Positions 24,415 to 32,387 of a stretch of 40,873 nt of DNA are shown here, piece by piece; position 1 is the stretch's first letter; each line of letters begins with the position of its first letter. The notes under the pieces are model-generated. The model saw only the letters and a program-made list of their open reading frames with translations, was not told the origin of the DNA and ran no database searches. Source of the DNA: a virus. A program made the position numbers and the translations under genes. Location: positions 1 to 40,873 of IMG/VR virus record IMGVR_UViG_3300028536_000001, one strand, 5' to 3'.

Positions 24415-24624
24415 CTACTGTTCCTTTGGCTTCTTGCCCAGCATCTTTTCAATTGCCTTCTTCTTGGGGTCGCGTTTGAACGGCTGACGGCGGCCAAGGA
24501 CTACTAGTGCTTGGTTCGAGGCTTCTAGTCGGTCTGAGGTTTCCAAATTTGGGTTCTCGGCAATCTCCAACAAAAGTCGGAGCAGCCTATCGCCGTGTCG
24601 AATTCCGCGTTTTTGTTCAGTCAT
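24415..24624 (-). CDS. Small basic hypothetical protein; lone minus-strand gene in the plus arm
   Basis: MTEQKRGIRHGDRLLRLLLEIAENPNLETSDRLEAS... Confidence 0.55.
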   Translation of the reverse strand: MTEQKRGIRHGDRLLRLLLEIAENPNLETSDRLEASNQALVVLGRRQPFKRDPKKKAIEKMLGKKPKEQ

Positions 24625-24652
24625 ACAGTTTCCATAGTCCATTTTCCGGACA

Positions 24653-24790
24653 GAGATTTGCCCGAGCCTTGAAGGAGGGCAAGGCTCGGGACTCGAAGCC
24701 AGATGAGCCGTTTCGGATACCGGCGGGGCGCAACTGGCCGCTTGGATTGTGCCTTAGGAGGGAGAAGGCTGCGCAGGGCTGTTGAATCTG
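24653..24790 (-). ncRNA. Putative multi-hairpin RNA with CCUCCU loops
   Basis: CCCGAGCCTTG-CCCTCCTT-CAAGGCTCGGG and GCCTT-CTCCCTCCT-AAGGC hairpins; strand uncertain. Confidence 0.5.
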
Positions 24791-24877
24791 GGCTTCAATA
24801 TAGTACAATGCAATTGGGAAGCGTTTTAGCGATCAGGGTGAAAAATAAGTTGTTTTTGTGCCTGAATACGATTTTTC

Positions 24878-24906
24878 TTGAGTTCATGATCTTTTTCTGG
24901 TACAAT
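24878..24906 (+). promoter_or_regulatory. Sigma70-type promoter
   Basis: TTGAGT-17 nt-TACAAT with an extended TG. Confidence 0.55.
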
Positions 24907-25117
24907 GATCTTATATCGTGACTAGGATGCGTCTAAGCAAAAAGTCCATGAAGATGAGGTTTTTAAAGTTCATGGACTTTATCGCAACTAGACAAACGCT
25001 AGTGGGACAACTTCATTAAGTTTATCTTGGCTAGTTGTGAATAAGTCTATGGTATCAGGCTAGGGTTATAAAAGAACTAAAATCTATAGAAGAAAAAAAT
25101 CTATTCCAAGGAACAAA

Positions 25118-25792
25118 ATGACACTATTTGAAAAAGTGAAGACATGCGTATACGCAGCTTCAATACATCGGCGTACTAAAAACAATACCTCTTTTAAAGG
25201 CTGGGCTAATGCTTGGCTGCTGGGAGTGGATAGATCCGTTTCGGGTTCAGAGAGCGTGGCAAATGGACACAGGAGCGCAGGCAGTCTTAGCGCGAAGTCA
25301 GCCAATTGTTATGGTCTGGCTGCGCAGGAAGAAATTCCAGAACGTAAAAGAGCGCATGAAGTAGCAGCAAATCGATGGACGGAAGAAGTATTTGCCCTTC
25401 TTGGTTACTCCGAAGAAGGCGTTACGGCGCTACTAGAAGAAGCAAAAGTCTATCCTGATGACACTAATAACTTTGACGCGCCTTCCGGTTATCGAGGTTA
25501 CGTTAACAAAATTCCAAAGTATCTGACACAAGAACAATGGGACGCGAAAATGGATGAACAAAATCACGCGTGTGCGATATGTAGAAAGCCTGCATCTCTT
25601 TGTTTGAAATATAGTTGGATAGACCGCAAGAAAAGTCCAGGATTAGTTCGAGACCACGACCATGTAAACGGAAGAATCCGTGGACTGCTGTGTACTCAAT
25701 GTAATCTTGGACTTGGAAACTTCAAAGAAAGTATTCCAACCATTTTGAGAGCGATGGAGTATTTGCAAAAATATTCCTTGACATCTGAATGA
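25118..25792 (+). CDS. Endonuclease VII-domain protein
   Basis: QNHACAIC...DHDHVNGRIRGLLCTQCNLGLGNFKES. Confidence 0.85.
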   Translation: MTLFEKVKTCVYAASIHRRTKNNTSFKGWANAWLLGVDRSVSGSESVANGHRSAGSLSAKSANCYGLAAQEEIPERKRAHEVAANRWTEEVFALLGYSEEGVTALLEEAKVYPDDTNNFDAPSGYRGYVNKIPKYLTQEQWDAKMDEQNHACAICRKPASLCLKYSWIDRKKSPGLVRDHDHVNGRIRGLLCTQCNLGLGNFKESIPTILRAMEYLQKYSLTSE

Positions 25793-25833
25793 AACTATGA
25801 AATAATTCTCAAGAAAATTGAAAAGGAGGAAAC

Positions 25834-26046
25834 ATGAGTTACAGTATTGAAAAGCATTATCGCGTGTACGACGATTCCGATGGTTCTTATATCAGCGTAT
25901 CTCCAGATGCCGATGGTTTGAGTCTTGTAGAAATTCGACAAGTCTTGCCGGGCGGAACAATCTTGAGTAGGATTACTATGACCCGCGAGCAAGCAGATCT
26001 TCTACAAGTACAACTTTCATCATATTTAGCAGATGTTCACGAATGA
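25834..26046 (+). CDS. Hypothetical protein
   Basis: AAGGAGG RBS; TTGACA-17 nt-AATAAT promoter candidate at 25778. Confidence 0.7.
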   Translation: MSYSIEKHYRVYDDSDGSYISVSPDADGLSLVEIRQVLPGGTILSRITMTREQADLLQVQLSSYLADVHE

Positions 26047-26348
26047 AATACACCACAAAATCCGGCGCAACCTACGATTTCTCGGGATGGCGAGGAGAAG
26101 ATCCCACTACATCCTTTGACCGTCAAGACTGGTTAGGTTGTCTTCACGGCTGCATGCTGTGTCTGAGTCTGCTCGGCAAGGAAAACTGGACACAGATGAG
26201 CATAGCGGATGACGGACTATTGCACGAGCTAGTCCACTTGGCTGCCGGATCTGAAATTTGCACACATAATTCTCTTGACAAAATGCGAGAAGAAGTGATA
26301 GAGTTACAGCGTAGTTTCGAGAAATTCCTTGAAGAGGTTGAATTATGA
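26043..26348 (+). CDS. Hypothetical protein
   Basis: ATGA-coupled ORF; contains LLHELVH. Confidence 0.65.
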   Translation: MKYTTKSGATYDFSGWRGEDPTTSFDRQDWLGCLHGCMLCLSLLGKENWTQMSIADDGLLHELVHLAAGSEICTHNSLDKMREEVIELQRSFEKFLEEVEL

Positions 26349-26731
26349 GCGAACACAGATGCTCGGAGCTGATGTTTAACCGAAATAGCTACCGTGGTCA
26401 AACCTGTACACGTAGTGCAACTGTTGAGCGCGAGGGAAAGTGGTACTGCAAGCAACACGATCCTGTGAATGTAGAAGAGCGCCGTGCTAAGCGGGATGAA
26501 AAATGGGATGCTGAATATAAGGCAAGAAATTCTCAATTTATTAAACAGAATACCGCTCTTAAGTATCACGAAAAGCTGGTAGATGCTTTGCGGAATTTAT
26601 TGCATGCCTATACGAAGATATCCAGTGAAAAGTTCCACGAAAGTTTATCCGATCTAATGTGTGATGCGGGTGAAGTATTACGAGAGATCGATAAGCAAAC
26701 GGAGAAGAGGGGATCGAGCAATGACACTTAG
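26345..26731 (+). CDS. Hypothetical Zn-finger-like protein
   Basis: C...CTR...GKWYCKQHDP. Confidence 0.65.
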   Translation: MSEHRCSELMFNRNSYRGQTCTRSATVEREGKWYCKQHDPVNVEERRAKRDEKWDAEYKARNSQFIKQNTALKYHEKLVDALRNLLHAYTKISSEKFHESLSDLMCDAGEVLREIDKQTEKRGSSNDT

Positions 26732-26915
26732 CAAACTACTGAGCGAAGAATTGCACGAAAAGACATTAAATTCCACGCAAAAGAATCGCATTTCAGTTCT
26801 TATGGAGGAAATTGAAAATGTGACTATGCACTATTGTACTGCTGAATTGAGACTCCGAAGTTGCCGTGCTAAATTAGAAGACTACTTATCATCAATCCAG
26901 AAAGAGAAGCCATGA
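26721..26915 (+). CDS. Hypothetical protein
   Basis: Coupled small ORF. Confidence 0.55.
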   Translation: MTLSKLLSEELHEKTLNSTQKNRISVLMEEIENVTMHYCTAELRLRSCRAKLEDYLSSIQKEKP

Positions 26916-27241
26916 GCATTAGCGAGGAAGAGCTGCAAAAGTGGGAAGCAAGAGTATCAAAACTAGGTAGTGGCTTATTCTACGGGGAATCTCTGCGTCT
27001 CATCCAAGAAGTGAGGGAGCTTAATGATCAATTGAATTATGAGCGTATGGAAGCATATAGGCTTGATAAGAAGATTGGAGAAATCAAGTCTCAAGCCAAT
27101 GCAGCCGAACATCACGAGAAGGTGGCGATGAGGGCGCTGGCGAACGCGATTGCCGCTTGGAATGGAGAGGATTTTCCGCCAAACATGTCCACATCCCCGC
27201 TGGAACCTTGGCTGGAACAGGCCGAGAAGGAGTTGCAGTAA
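26912..27241 (+). CDS. Hypothetical coiled-coil protein
   Basis: ATGA-coupled, 109 aa. Confidence 0.65.
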   Translation: MSISEEELQKWEARVSKLGSGLFYGESLRLIQEVRELNDQLNYERMEAYRLDKKIGEIKSQANAAEHHEKVAMRALANAIAAWNGEDFPPNMSTSPLEPWLEQAEKELQ

Positions 27242-27471
27242 TGAGACGTAAAGGATCAAGACAACTTCGTGGAACCATCAACGCTTCAGAAGTAAAACTA
27301 CTTAAAATGGCCCTAAAGTCGGCCCTTCTTGAGGACTGCGCATGCAGTGAAACATCCAAGCAGGAGCTTAGTTTGTACCTTGATTCATGGGTGGCTCATC
27401 CGATTCAGCAAGTTTTGAATGCGCTTAAGGATAGACACAACAAAAAGATAAAGGATCGATCCATCCAATGA
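27241..27471 (+). CDS. Hypothetical protein
   Basis: AAGGAG RBS; TAATG coupling. Confidence 0.6.
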   Translation: MRRKGSRQLRGTINASEVKLLKMALKSALLEDCACSETSKQELSLYLDSWVAHPIQQVLNALKDRHNKKIKDRSIQ

Positions 27472-27722
27472 CCAATGAACTTAGCTTAGAGCAGAGAGCA
27501 AAAAAACGCGCCCAAGTCCAGGTAACGCGCACTCGATTTGTGAAGGATTTTCCTAGTGCAACCATGGCCGAAGTGAATTTGTCTCGCCAAGTAGAAGAGT
27601 TGCGCATAGCTCTAATCAATCTAGTCGATAGCATCGAGGATACTGGAGGCCACGATGAAAATGGCGATGTATTCGACATACGAGAGGCTTGCGCGATATT
27701 AGATAAAACGGAGGTTCTATGA
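27468..27722 (+). CDS. Hypothetical protein
   Basis: ATGA-coupled. Confidence 0.6.
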   Translation: MTNELSLEQRAKKRAQVQVTRTRFVKDFPSATMAEVNLSRQVEELRIALINLVDSIEDTGGHDENGDVFDIREACAILDKTEVL

Positions 27723-27904
27723 GGTGCTGCTGGTTGTTCCTTCATCGATGGTCAAAGTGGGAGCCTTACAAATGGCAAGGAGAACAATTTTCAGTTTCTA
27801 ATTTGACCGGGATTAGGATGGACAGCTACGAAGTGACCGAGGATCGACAGAAGCGGCACTGTGAACGCTGCGGATTAACACAAGACAGGATGATTGAATC
27901 ATGA
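27719..27904 (+). CDS. Small phage protein, DUF1660-like C..H.W...CxRCG
   Basis: CCWLFLHRWSKW...RHCERCG; GGAGG RBS. Confidence 0.6.
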   Translation: MRCCWLFLHRWSKWEPYKWQGEQFSVSNLTGIRMDSYEVTEDRQKRHCERCGLTQDRMIES

Positions 27905-28212
27905 GTGAATTTCTGGAGCAGGCAATTCGGGATGTGGCAATAGCTTTGAGTTTGCAAGACAACCGAGTGGAGAATCAACTTGAAAATCTAATGTTCATTC
28001 CTCAGATTCCATATGTCATCGCACAGCGCGAACGCGTCCTAGAGCTTGAACAGGCGCTACGGGAAATTCGTGATCGCAGCCACAGGCAAGTGATTGAACT
28101 GGCAGATGTACCTTGCGCACCGAGAATTGAATTCTGGGCAGATCAGATAGAGCAATTGGCTAGTGAGGCACTGGTGCGAGAGAAGAAAGAGGAGAGTCAT
28201 GGAAAAGCATAA
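27901..28212 (+). CDS. Hypothetical protein
   Basis: ATGA-coupled. Confidence 0.6.
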   Translation: MSEFLEQAIRDVAIALSLQDNRVENQLENLMFIPQIPYVIAQRERVLELEQALREIRDRSHRQVIELADVPCAPRIEFWADQIEQLASEALVREKKEESHGKA

Positions 28213-28834
28213 AGAAACACGCGAAGAGAAAGCAGACCGTTTTAAGCGAGAAAGCGGTAAAGAGTTTAATGCTTCCGATTGCTCTACTAGCATAGCTCCC
28301 GCAGAAGAGCCGGGGCCGTGTGATTGCGATGCAGATGATCCCGCTATCGGCTGGATAAATGTGGTGATTGGTTGGGCACGCAGGCCTCAGCTTGAAGCCA
28401 AAGCTGTTATATCGGCACTGGGCCATGCAAAAGATTTTGTAATTGACTATAAATCACGAATACTGGAGCTTGAGCAACAGTTGAACAAATTCCAAAATAC
28501 GATATGGAGCGAACAGGCAGACGTGCAAGAAGCCGTGTTGCAAAAATTCGATGTGCGGAACAAGATGGCACAACTTGAGCGACAGCTTGAAGAGCGGGAT
28601 GCGGAGGTATCCGAATGGAAATCCAAATATGAAGGAGCAAAGATAGCTTTCAACAGCGCCTGCAATGCAGAGAAAAATATCCTCGCGGAAGGCCGCAAGG
28701 CTGGACTTGAGGAAGCTGCAATAGTAGCTGAAACTGAGATGCACCAATGGGACAGTATGGAGGCAGATATGGCTACTGCCCTAGTTACTGCAATTCGCGC
28801 ATTGTCCAATTCAGAAACGGAGAAGAAGGGGTGA
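28199..28834 (+). CDS. Hypothetical coiled-coil protein
   Basis: GAGGAG RBS; ends with GLEEAA...AIRAL. Confidence 0.65.
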   Translation: MEKHKETREEKADRFKRESGKEFNASDCSTSIAPAEEPGPCDCDADDPAIGWINVVIGWARRPQLEAKAVISALGHAKDFVIDYKSRILELEQQLNKFQNTIWSEQADVQEAVLQKFDVRNKMAQLERQLEERDAEVSEWKSKYEGAKIAFNSACNAEKNILAEGRKAGLEEAAIVAETEMHQWDSMEADMATALVTAIRALSNSETEKKG

Positions 28835-29082
28835 GTAAGTGTCAACAGTGTGCTCTTAACTTACTTCGAGCGAAGCGGCTTTGGTTTACCTACGAAGTAC
28901 CGGATAGATTTGTGCAAAATAGAACTCACAGTGGTTATGATAGCGGGTATGAAGCCGGTTGGCGCGGGTGGGAATATTCCAATCCGTACACAGCCCACCA
29001 TTGGGTAACAGCCTACCACCACGGCTATTGTGACGCAAACACAGCCCTACACCAGGAAGCGCTAAAGGCGTCCAAGCCATGA
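28831..29082 (+). CDS. Hypothetical protein
   Basis: GTGA-coupled; GY..GY.AG...NPY pattern. Confidence 0.55.
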   Translation: MSKCQQCALNLLRAKRLWFTYEVPDRFVQNRTHSGYDSGYEAGWRGWEYSNPYTAHHWVTAYHHGYCDANTALHQEALKASKP

Positions 29083-29303
29083 ACCGCCCAACGGATGAAG
29101 AGATCGTGAAGCAGAAATGGCCGGACGCGCACATGGGATATTGGAAACGGATTGGCTACAGACTTAATCCAAACAGTGAAGAGTTGGAATATAAGCAGAA
29201 GTTCCGAGTCTTTGTAGATGAAGACATACCATTAAGTGACCCAATGGATTCGGAAGAGGAAGCATGGGCCGAGATTGCGCGGTGTATCGAGGGGGAGAAA
29301 TGA
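29079..29303 (+). CDS. Hypothetical protein
   Basis: ATGA-coupled. Confidence 0.6.
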   Translation: MNRPTDEEIVKQKWPDAHMGYWKRIGYRLNPNSEELEYKQKFRVFVDEDIPLSDPMDSEEEAWAEIARCIEGEK

Positions 29304-29578
29304 ACGAAATAGTCTTTGAACCTTACGATGAAGATGAAGACGATGGCACCATTCACTGTACTACTTGCAATGGCTCAGGATGGGTTCATGGATGCTGCGA
29401 TGATCTATGCCGCTCATCAGGTGATGGCGCATTCGACTCCTGCATGAATGCTCGAATTTGCTTTACTTGCAAAGGAAACGGTTATGTTGAATTTGTTTTA
29501 GATATAAGGTCTGATTTACATGAAATTCTCGGTAAGGCTCTTGAGAACTGTGCGCCAAAGAAAGAGGATCAACCATGA
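29300..29578 (+). CDS. Protein with DnaJ-type CxxCxGxG Zn-finger repeats
   Basis: CTTCNGSG and CFTCKGNG. Confidence 0.6.
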   Translation: MNEIVFEPYDEDEDDGTIHCTTCNGSGWVHGCCDDLCRSSGDGAFDSCMNARICFTCKGNGYVEFVLDIRSDLHEILGKALENCAPKKEDQP

Positions 29579-30222
29579 AACCAATCATCATCGCATTGCT
29601 GTTGGCAGGCACGGCGTGGGGACAGCCGCTAATTGGGACAAATCCAACTCCCCAAGATAAGTCTATCCTTGCAGGCCGTGAGGTTGAATGGGATCAGTAT
29701 TCCCCGGACCCTCATCGTCCCGGATACTACTGCGCCTTTAAGCACAAGAAATTATTGACGTGTGGGCTGCCTGCTTTGGCTCCAATAGCGCCGCATCCAG
29801 ACCCAGATATCATCTTTTCTGACAAAGTGAACTATCCGTGCCGCGCACCTGAACCCTCTGCGAACTATGGCTGCGAATATGGAGAATCCGGGCCATACAT
29901 CTGCATGAAATCGGACTGCATTGGTTTACTTTCGGCACGCTCCGACTACTACTTCGCCTACCAAGCCATCGTCAACGTTCTCGACCATGCTCAGCTCAAT
30001 AATTCCGAATGGGAGAATCTTAATGCGCTGGCGCATGCCGTAAACAATGTCCACCTATTCCTTGGCACGAGCAAGGCTACTGAGACGGATGCGGCTAAGG
30101 CTAGGTTGGAACTCGAGGCGCTTCACATAGGCGAGAAATTAGCCAAATATCACATCCCTACGCATGAAGAGGATATGGGTGAGTTGTTGCGCAAGATGGA
30201 CGGCTGGGGGAAGAGGCTGTGA
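29575..30222 (+). CDS. Putative secreted Cys-containing protein
   Basis: Signal peptide MKPIIIALLLAGTAWG-Q; six Cys. Confidence 0.65.
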   Translation: MKPIIIALLLAGTAWGQPLIGTNPTPQDKSILAGREVEWDQYSPDPHRPGYYCAFKHKKLLTCGLPALAPIAPHPDPDIIFSDKVNYPCRAPEPSANYGCEYGESGPYICMKSDCIGLLSARSDYYFAYQAIVNVLDHAQLNNSEWENLNALAHAVNNVHLFLGTSKATETDAAKARLELEALHIGEKLAKYHIPTHEEDMGELLRKMDGWGKRL

Positions 30223-30410
30223 AACTATCAGACGCGCAAGAAAAATCGATAGAGATATTCGGACCTTCTGGACGAGCGGTGGAACACGACGGTATGTACT
30301 ATATCGGTTTCAACATAACTCCAGATTTCATAACAATGGTTGCAATTTCAGAGGTTTCGTGGGAAGATGTTTTTGAGCAGGCAGTCAGGTGGAAAAATGG
30401 CAAAAATTAA
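30219..30410 (+). CDS. Hypothetical protein
   Basis: GTGA-coupled. Confidence 0.55.
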   Translation: MKLSDAQEKSIEIFGPSGRAVEHDGMYYIGFNITPDFITMVAISEVSWEDVFEQAVRWKNGKN

Positions 30411-30657
30411 GAAACATCCAGTTCAACCAGTTATGAAAGACTCCTTCGGAACTCTTCGATTCAAGAAGAATGAGATTGTGTGCTTTCTTTTAGATCACGG
30501 ACCCTTTGATATGAATAAACTTGCTTGCCTGCCGTTTAGCCAAGAGGATTACGAACAGTTTGCTCAATTAATCGGATATTCGCTCAGTGGGTTTGGTGAC
30601 TTGAGTTATGTATCAGATGAAACCCATAATCGAGCGACTAAGAAGGTGAAATCTTGA
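30397..30657 (+). CDS. Hypothetical phage protein
   Basis: HPVQP...GTLRFKKNEIV...QFAQLIGYSLSGFGDLSYVSDE. Confidence 0.7.
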   Translation: MAKIKKHPVQPVMKDSFGTLRFKKNEIVCFLLDHGPFDMNKLACLPFSQEDYEQFAQLIGYSLSGFGDLSYVSDETHNRATKKVKS

Positions 30658-31211
30658 AATCTCAGTTATGCTACGCCTTCACTAGTTCTATTATTTTCAG
30701 TGGACCGGCCTATCCTTCTGTTCGAGAAGCCTTAAACTGGGCGCGGGGCGACGTCCTTCATATCGTTGAGATGTCCGGAAAATGGACAGAGCACAAAGGC
30801 GGATTCCTGGCACAGGAAATGTTACCTTTACTCAGCAAAGATGCAACTCTAATCTTACAGCATTTTGCGCGGAGATCTGCGTTTGCGGGGCTGAAAACTT
30901 TCTCAGGAAAACACTTGACAGAATCTCTAGAAGGGTTGTATTATTGGCTTCACTGGGGTAAGGTTTCTCAGTCGTCATGGGAAAATTTACGAGACTGGGC
31001 CGAGGACAACGAGATGTTGTGGATGAATGGCGGTCATGTTGAGGCGGCAGCTTGCAACGCAATCTTGTCCTACATTCCAGATCGGGAGCCGCATTATCAC
31101 GCGTGGTTGGCTGGACAGCATATAAAAATGCAATTCGGGAAAGCTGAAATTGCGCGGCAGGAAAAAAGCTTGAAGCAATCGGTTACTAAAATGTTTGGAG
31201 AGATGAAATGA
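30654..31211 (+). CDS. Hypothetical protein
   Basis: 185-aa coupled ORF. Confidence 0.6.
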   Translation: MKSQLCYAFTSSIIFSGPAYPSVREALNWARGDVLHIVEMSGKWTEHKGGFLAQEMLPLLSKDATLILQHFARRSAFAGLKTFSGKHLTESLEGLYYWLHWGKVSQSSWENLRDWAEDNEMLWMNGGHVEAAACNAILSYIPDREPHYHAWLAGQHIKMQFGKAEIARQEKSLKQSVTKMFGEMK

Positions 31212-31516
31212 TTTGGATATTCATAGTTTTGTGGTTGTTTTCAGGTTACTTTGTAGATAAATATTACATTAGCATAGAAGGAAACTGGCTGGAGTACAAT
31301 TATTTCGCCCCAAGCAAATTTATACGGCTTATGTGCTATGTATTTCCTTTTGCAGCATTTATTTCGGCTGGCATTGTCTACGAATGGATACCAAAGCAGT
31401 GGCGAAATAAGCCTTTAACCGCAGAAGAACGCTATAATAATTTCAACAAAAAATTTCCAGCGTTGGCGTGGGACTATCCTACTTTGGAGAGTTTCCTGAA
31501 GGAATACCCACAATGA
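31208..31516 (+). CDS. Putative membrane protein
   Basis: Two hydrophobic segments. Confidence 0.6.
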   Translation: MIWIFIVLWLFSGYFVDKYYISIEGNWLEYNYFAPSKFIRLMCYVFPFAAFISAGIVYEWIPKQWRNKPLTAEERYNNFNKKFPALAWDYPTLESFLKEYPQ

Positions 31517-31752
31517 AAATTCATGTTACTGAAAAGCACATTATAAACGGTAAAACAACTAATCCTTGGCAGTGTCCCGTTGCTTTGGCTATCAAAGAAG
31601 CAACGGGAAGAAAGCCAACAGTAATTTCTGAGTGGTATAGTTTTAACAATGAAGAATTGCCTCTTCCGGAAAAAGTGACCAAATTTATCGATAATTTCGA
31701 TAGAGGGAAGAAAGTTAAGCCTTTTAGTTTTGTGTTGAAAGAACTACAATGA
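31513..31752 (+). CDS. Hypothetical phage protein
   Basis: MKIHVTEKHI...CPVALAIKE...FIDNFDRG..VKPFSF. Confidence 0.65.
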   Translation: MKIHVTEKHIINGKTTNPWQCPVALAIKEATGRKPTVISEWYSFNNEELPLPEKVTKFIDNFDRGKKVKPFSFVLKELQ

Positions 31753-31949
31753 AAGTCGAAACCTACCAGTGCGAGGAGTGCAACAAATTCCGTCAAGCAC
31801 CGGAACCTTGGCTGATGGCTTTCCTGGAACAGGAAGACGCTCTGGAAGTCCAGAAATGGAACGATGAAGTTGCCGCGTGGCACCGCTCAAAACATTTTTG
31901 CAGCACCGGATGTTTTTTGAAGTTTCAATACAGGTGGTTTAGTAAATAG
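31749..31949 (+). CDS. Small Zn-binding protein
   Basis: CEEC...HFCSTGC. Confidence 0.6.
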   Translation: MKVETYQCEECNKFRQAPEPWLMAFLEQEDALEVQKWNDEVAAWHRSKHFCSTGCFLKFQYRWFSK

Positions 31950-31974
31950 TCCATTTTTCTGAACGGGAGGAAGT

Positions 31975-32139
31975 ATGAAAGTTAAAGATCTTATTGCAGA
32001 ATTATCTGAGTTTGATGAAAACTTGGAAATCGGAGTTCGTTATCCAAACGACGATCAAGCTTTTACTGCTTACCTAACACTGTACGAAATAAAAGATGAC
32101 TACAAAACGGTTGGTACTATAGACCTAGAGGATGAGTAA
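31975..32139 (+). CDS. 54-aa hypothetical protein (not in ORF track)
   Basis: GGAGG RBS; MKVKDLIAELSEFDENLEI... Confidence 0.65.
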   Translation: MKVKDLIAELSEFDENLEIGVRYPNDDQAFTAYLTLYEIKDDYKTVGTIDLEDE

Positions 32140-32387
32140 TGCAACCAAAACCGTGGAGTAGCGCAGGAATAAAGCCGCCTCAGTTTGAAGATCCACCTAA
32201 GCGAACCGTGTGGCAAACCTGTTTGTACGTAATTCTGATGGTCGTGTTTTCAGTCATCGTGTCCTTCATTTTTGTTGGGATAACCAACTCAGGACCGAGC
32301 GCGGACAAGGAATTCATGGGTGTAACATCCGTGCTTTTCATGCTGTGCCTGTTTTTCAGCGGAGTTTTGGAGAATCATAAATCATAG
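32139..32387 (+). CDS. Two-pass membrane protein
   Basis: Two hydrophobic helices. Confidence 0.6.
   Translation: MQPKPWSSAGIKPPQFEDPPKRTVWQTCLYVILMVVFSVIVSFIFVGITNSGPSADKEFMGVTSVLFMLCLFFSGVLENHKS

Larger units (their letters stand above)
1241..30788. repeat. Dispersed 17-bp operator-like motif TGTCC(G/A)GAAAATGGACA, nine copies
   Basis: Copies at 1241, 4823, 10089(-), 18610, 19303, 20703, 24128, 24636(-) and 30772. Confidence 0.9.

Noticed and set aside
24415-24624. Terminase small subunit
   Set aside because: Only a vague helical resemblance, very short and far from terL; left as hypothetical
1241-30788. CRISPR array or REP-like element from the 17-bp repeat
   Set aside because: Copies are dispersed over kilobases with no regular spacers and no cas or transposase gene
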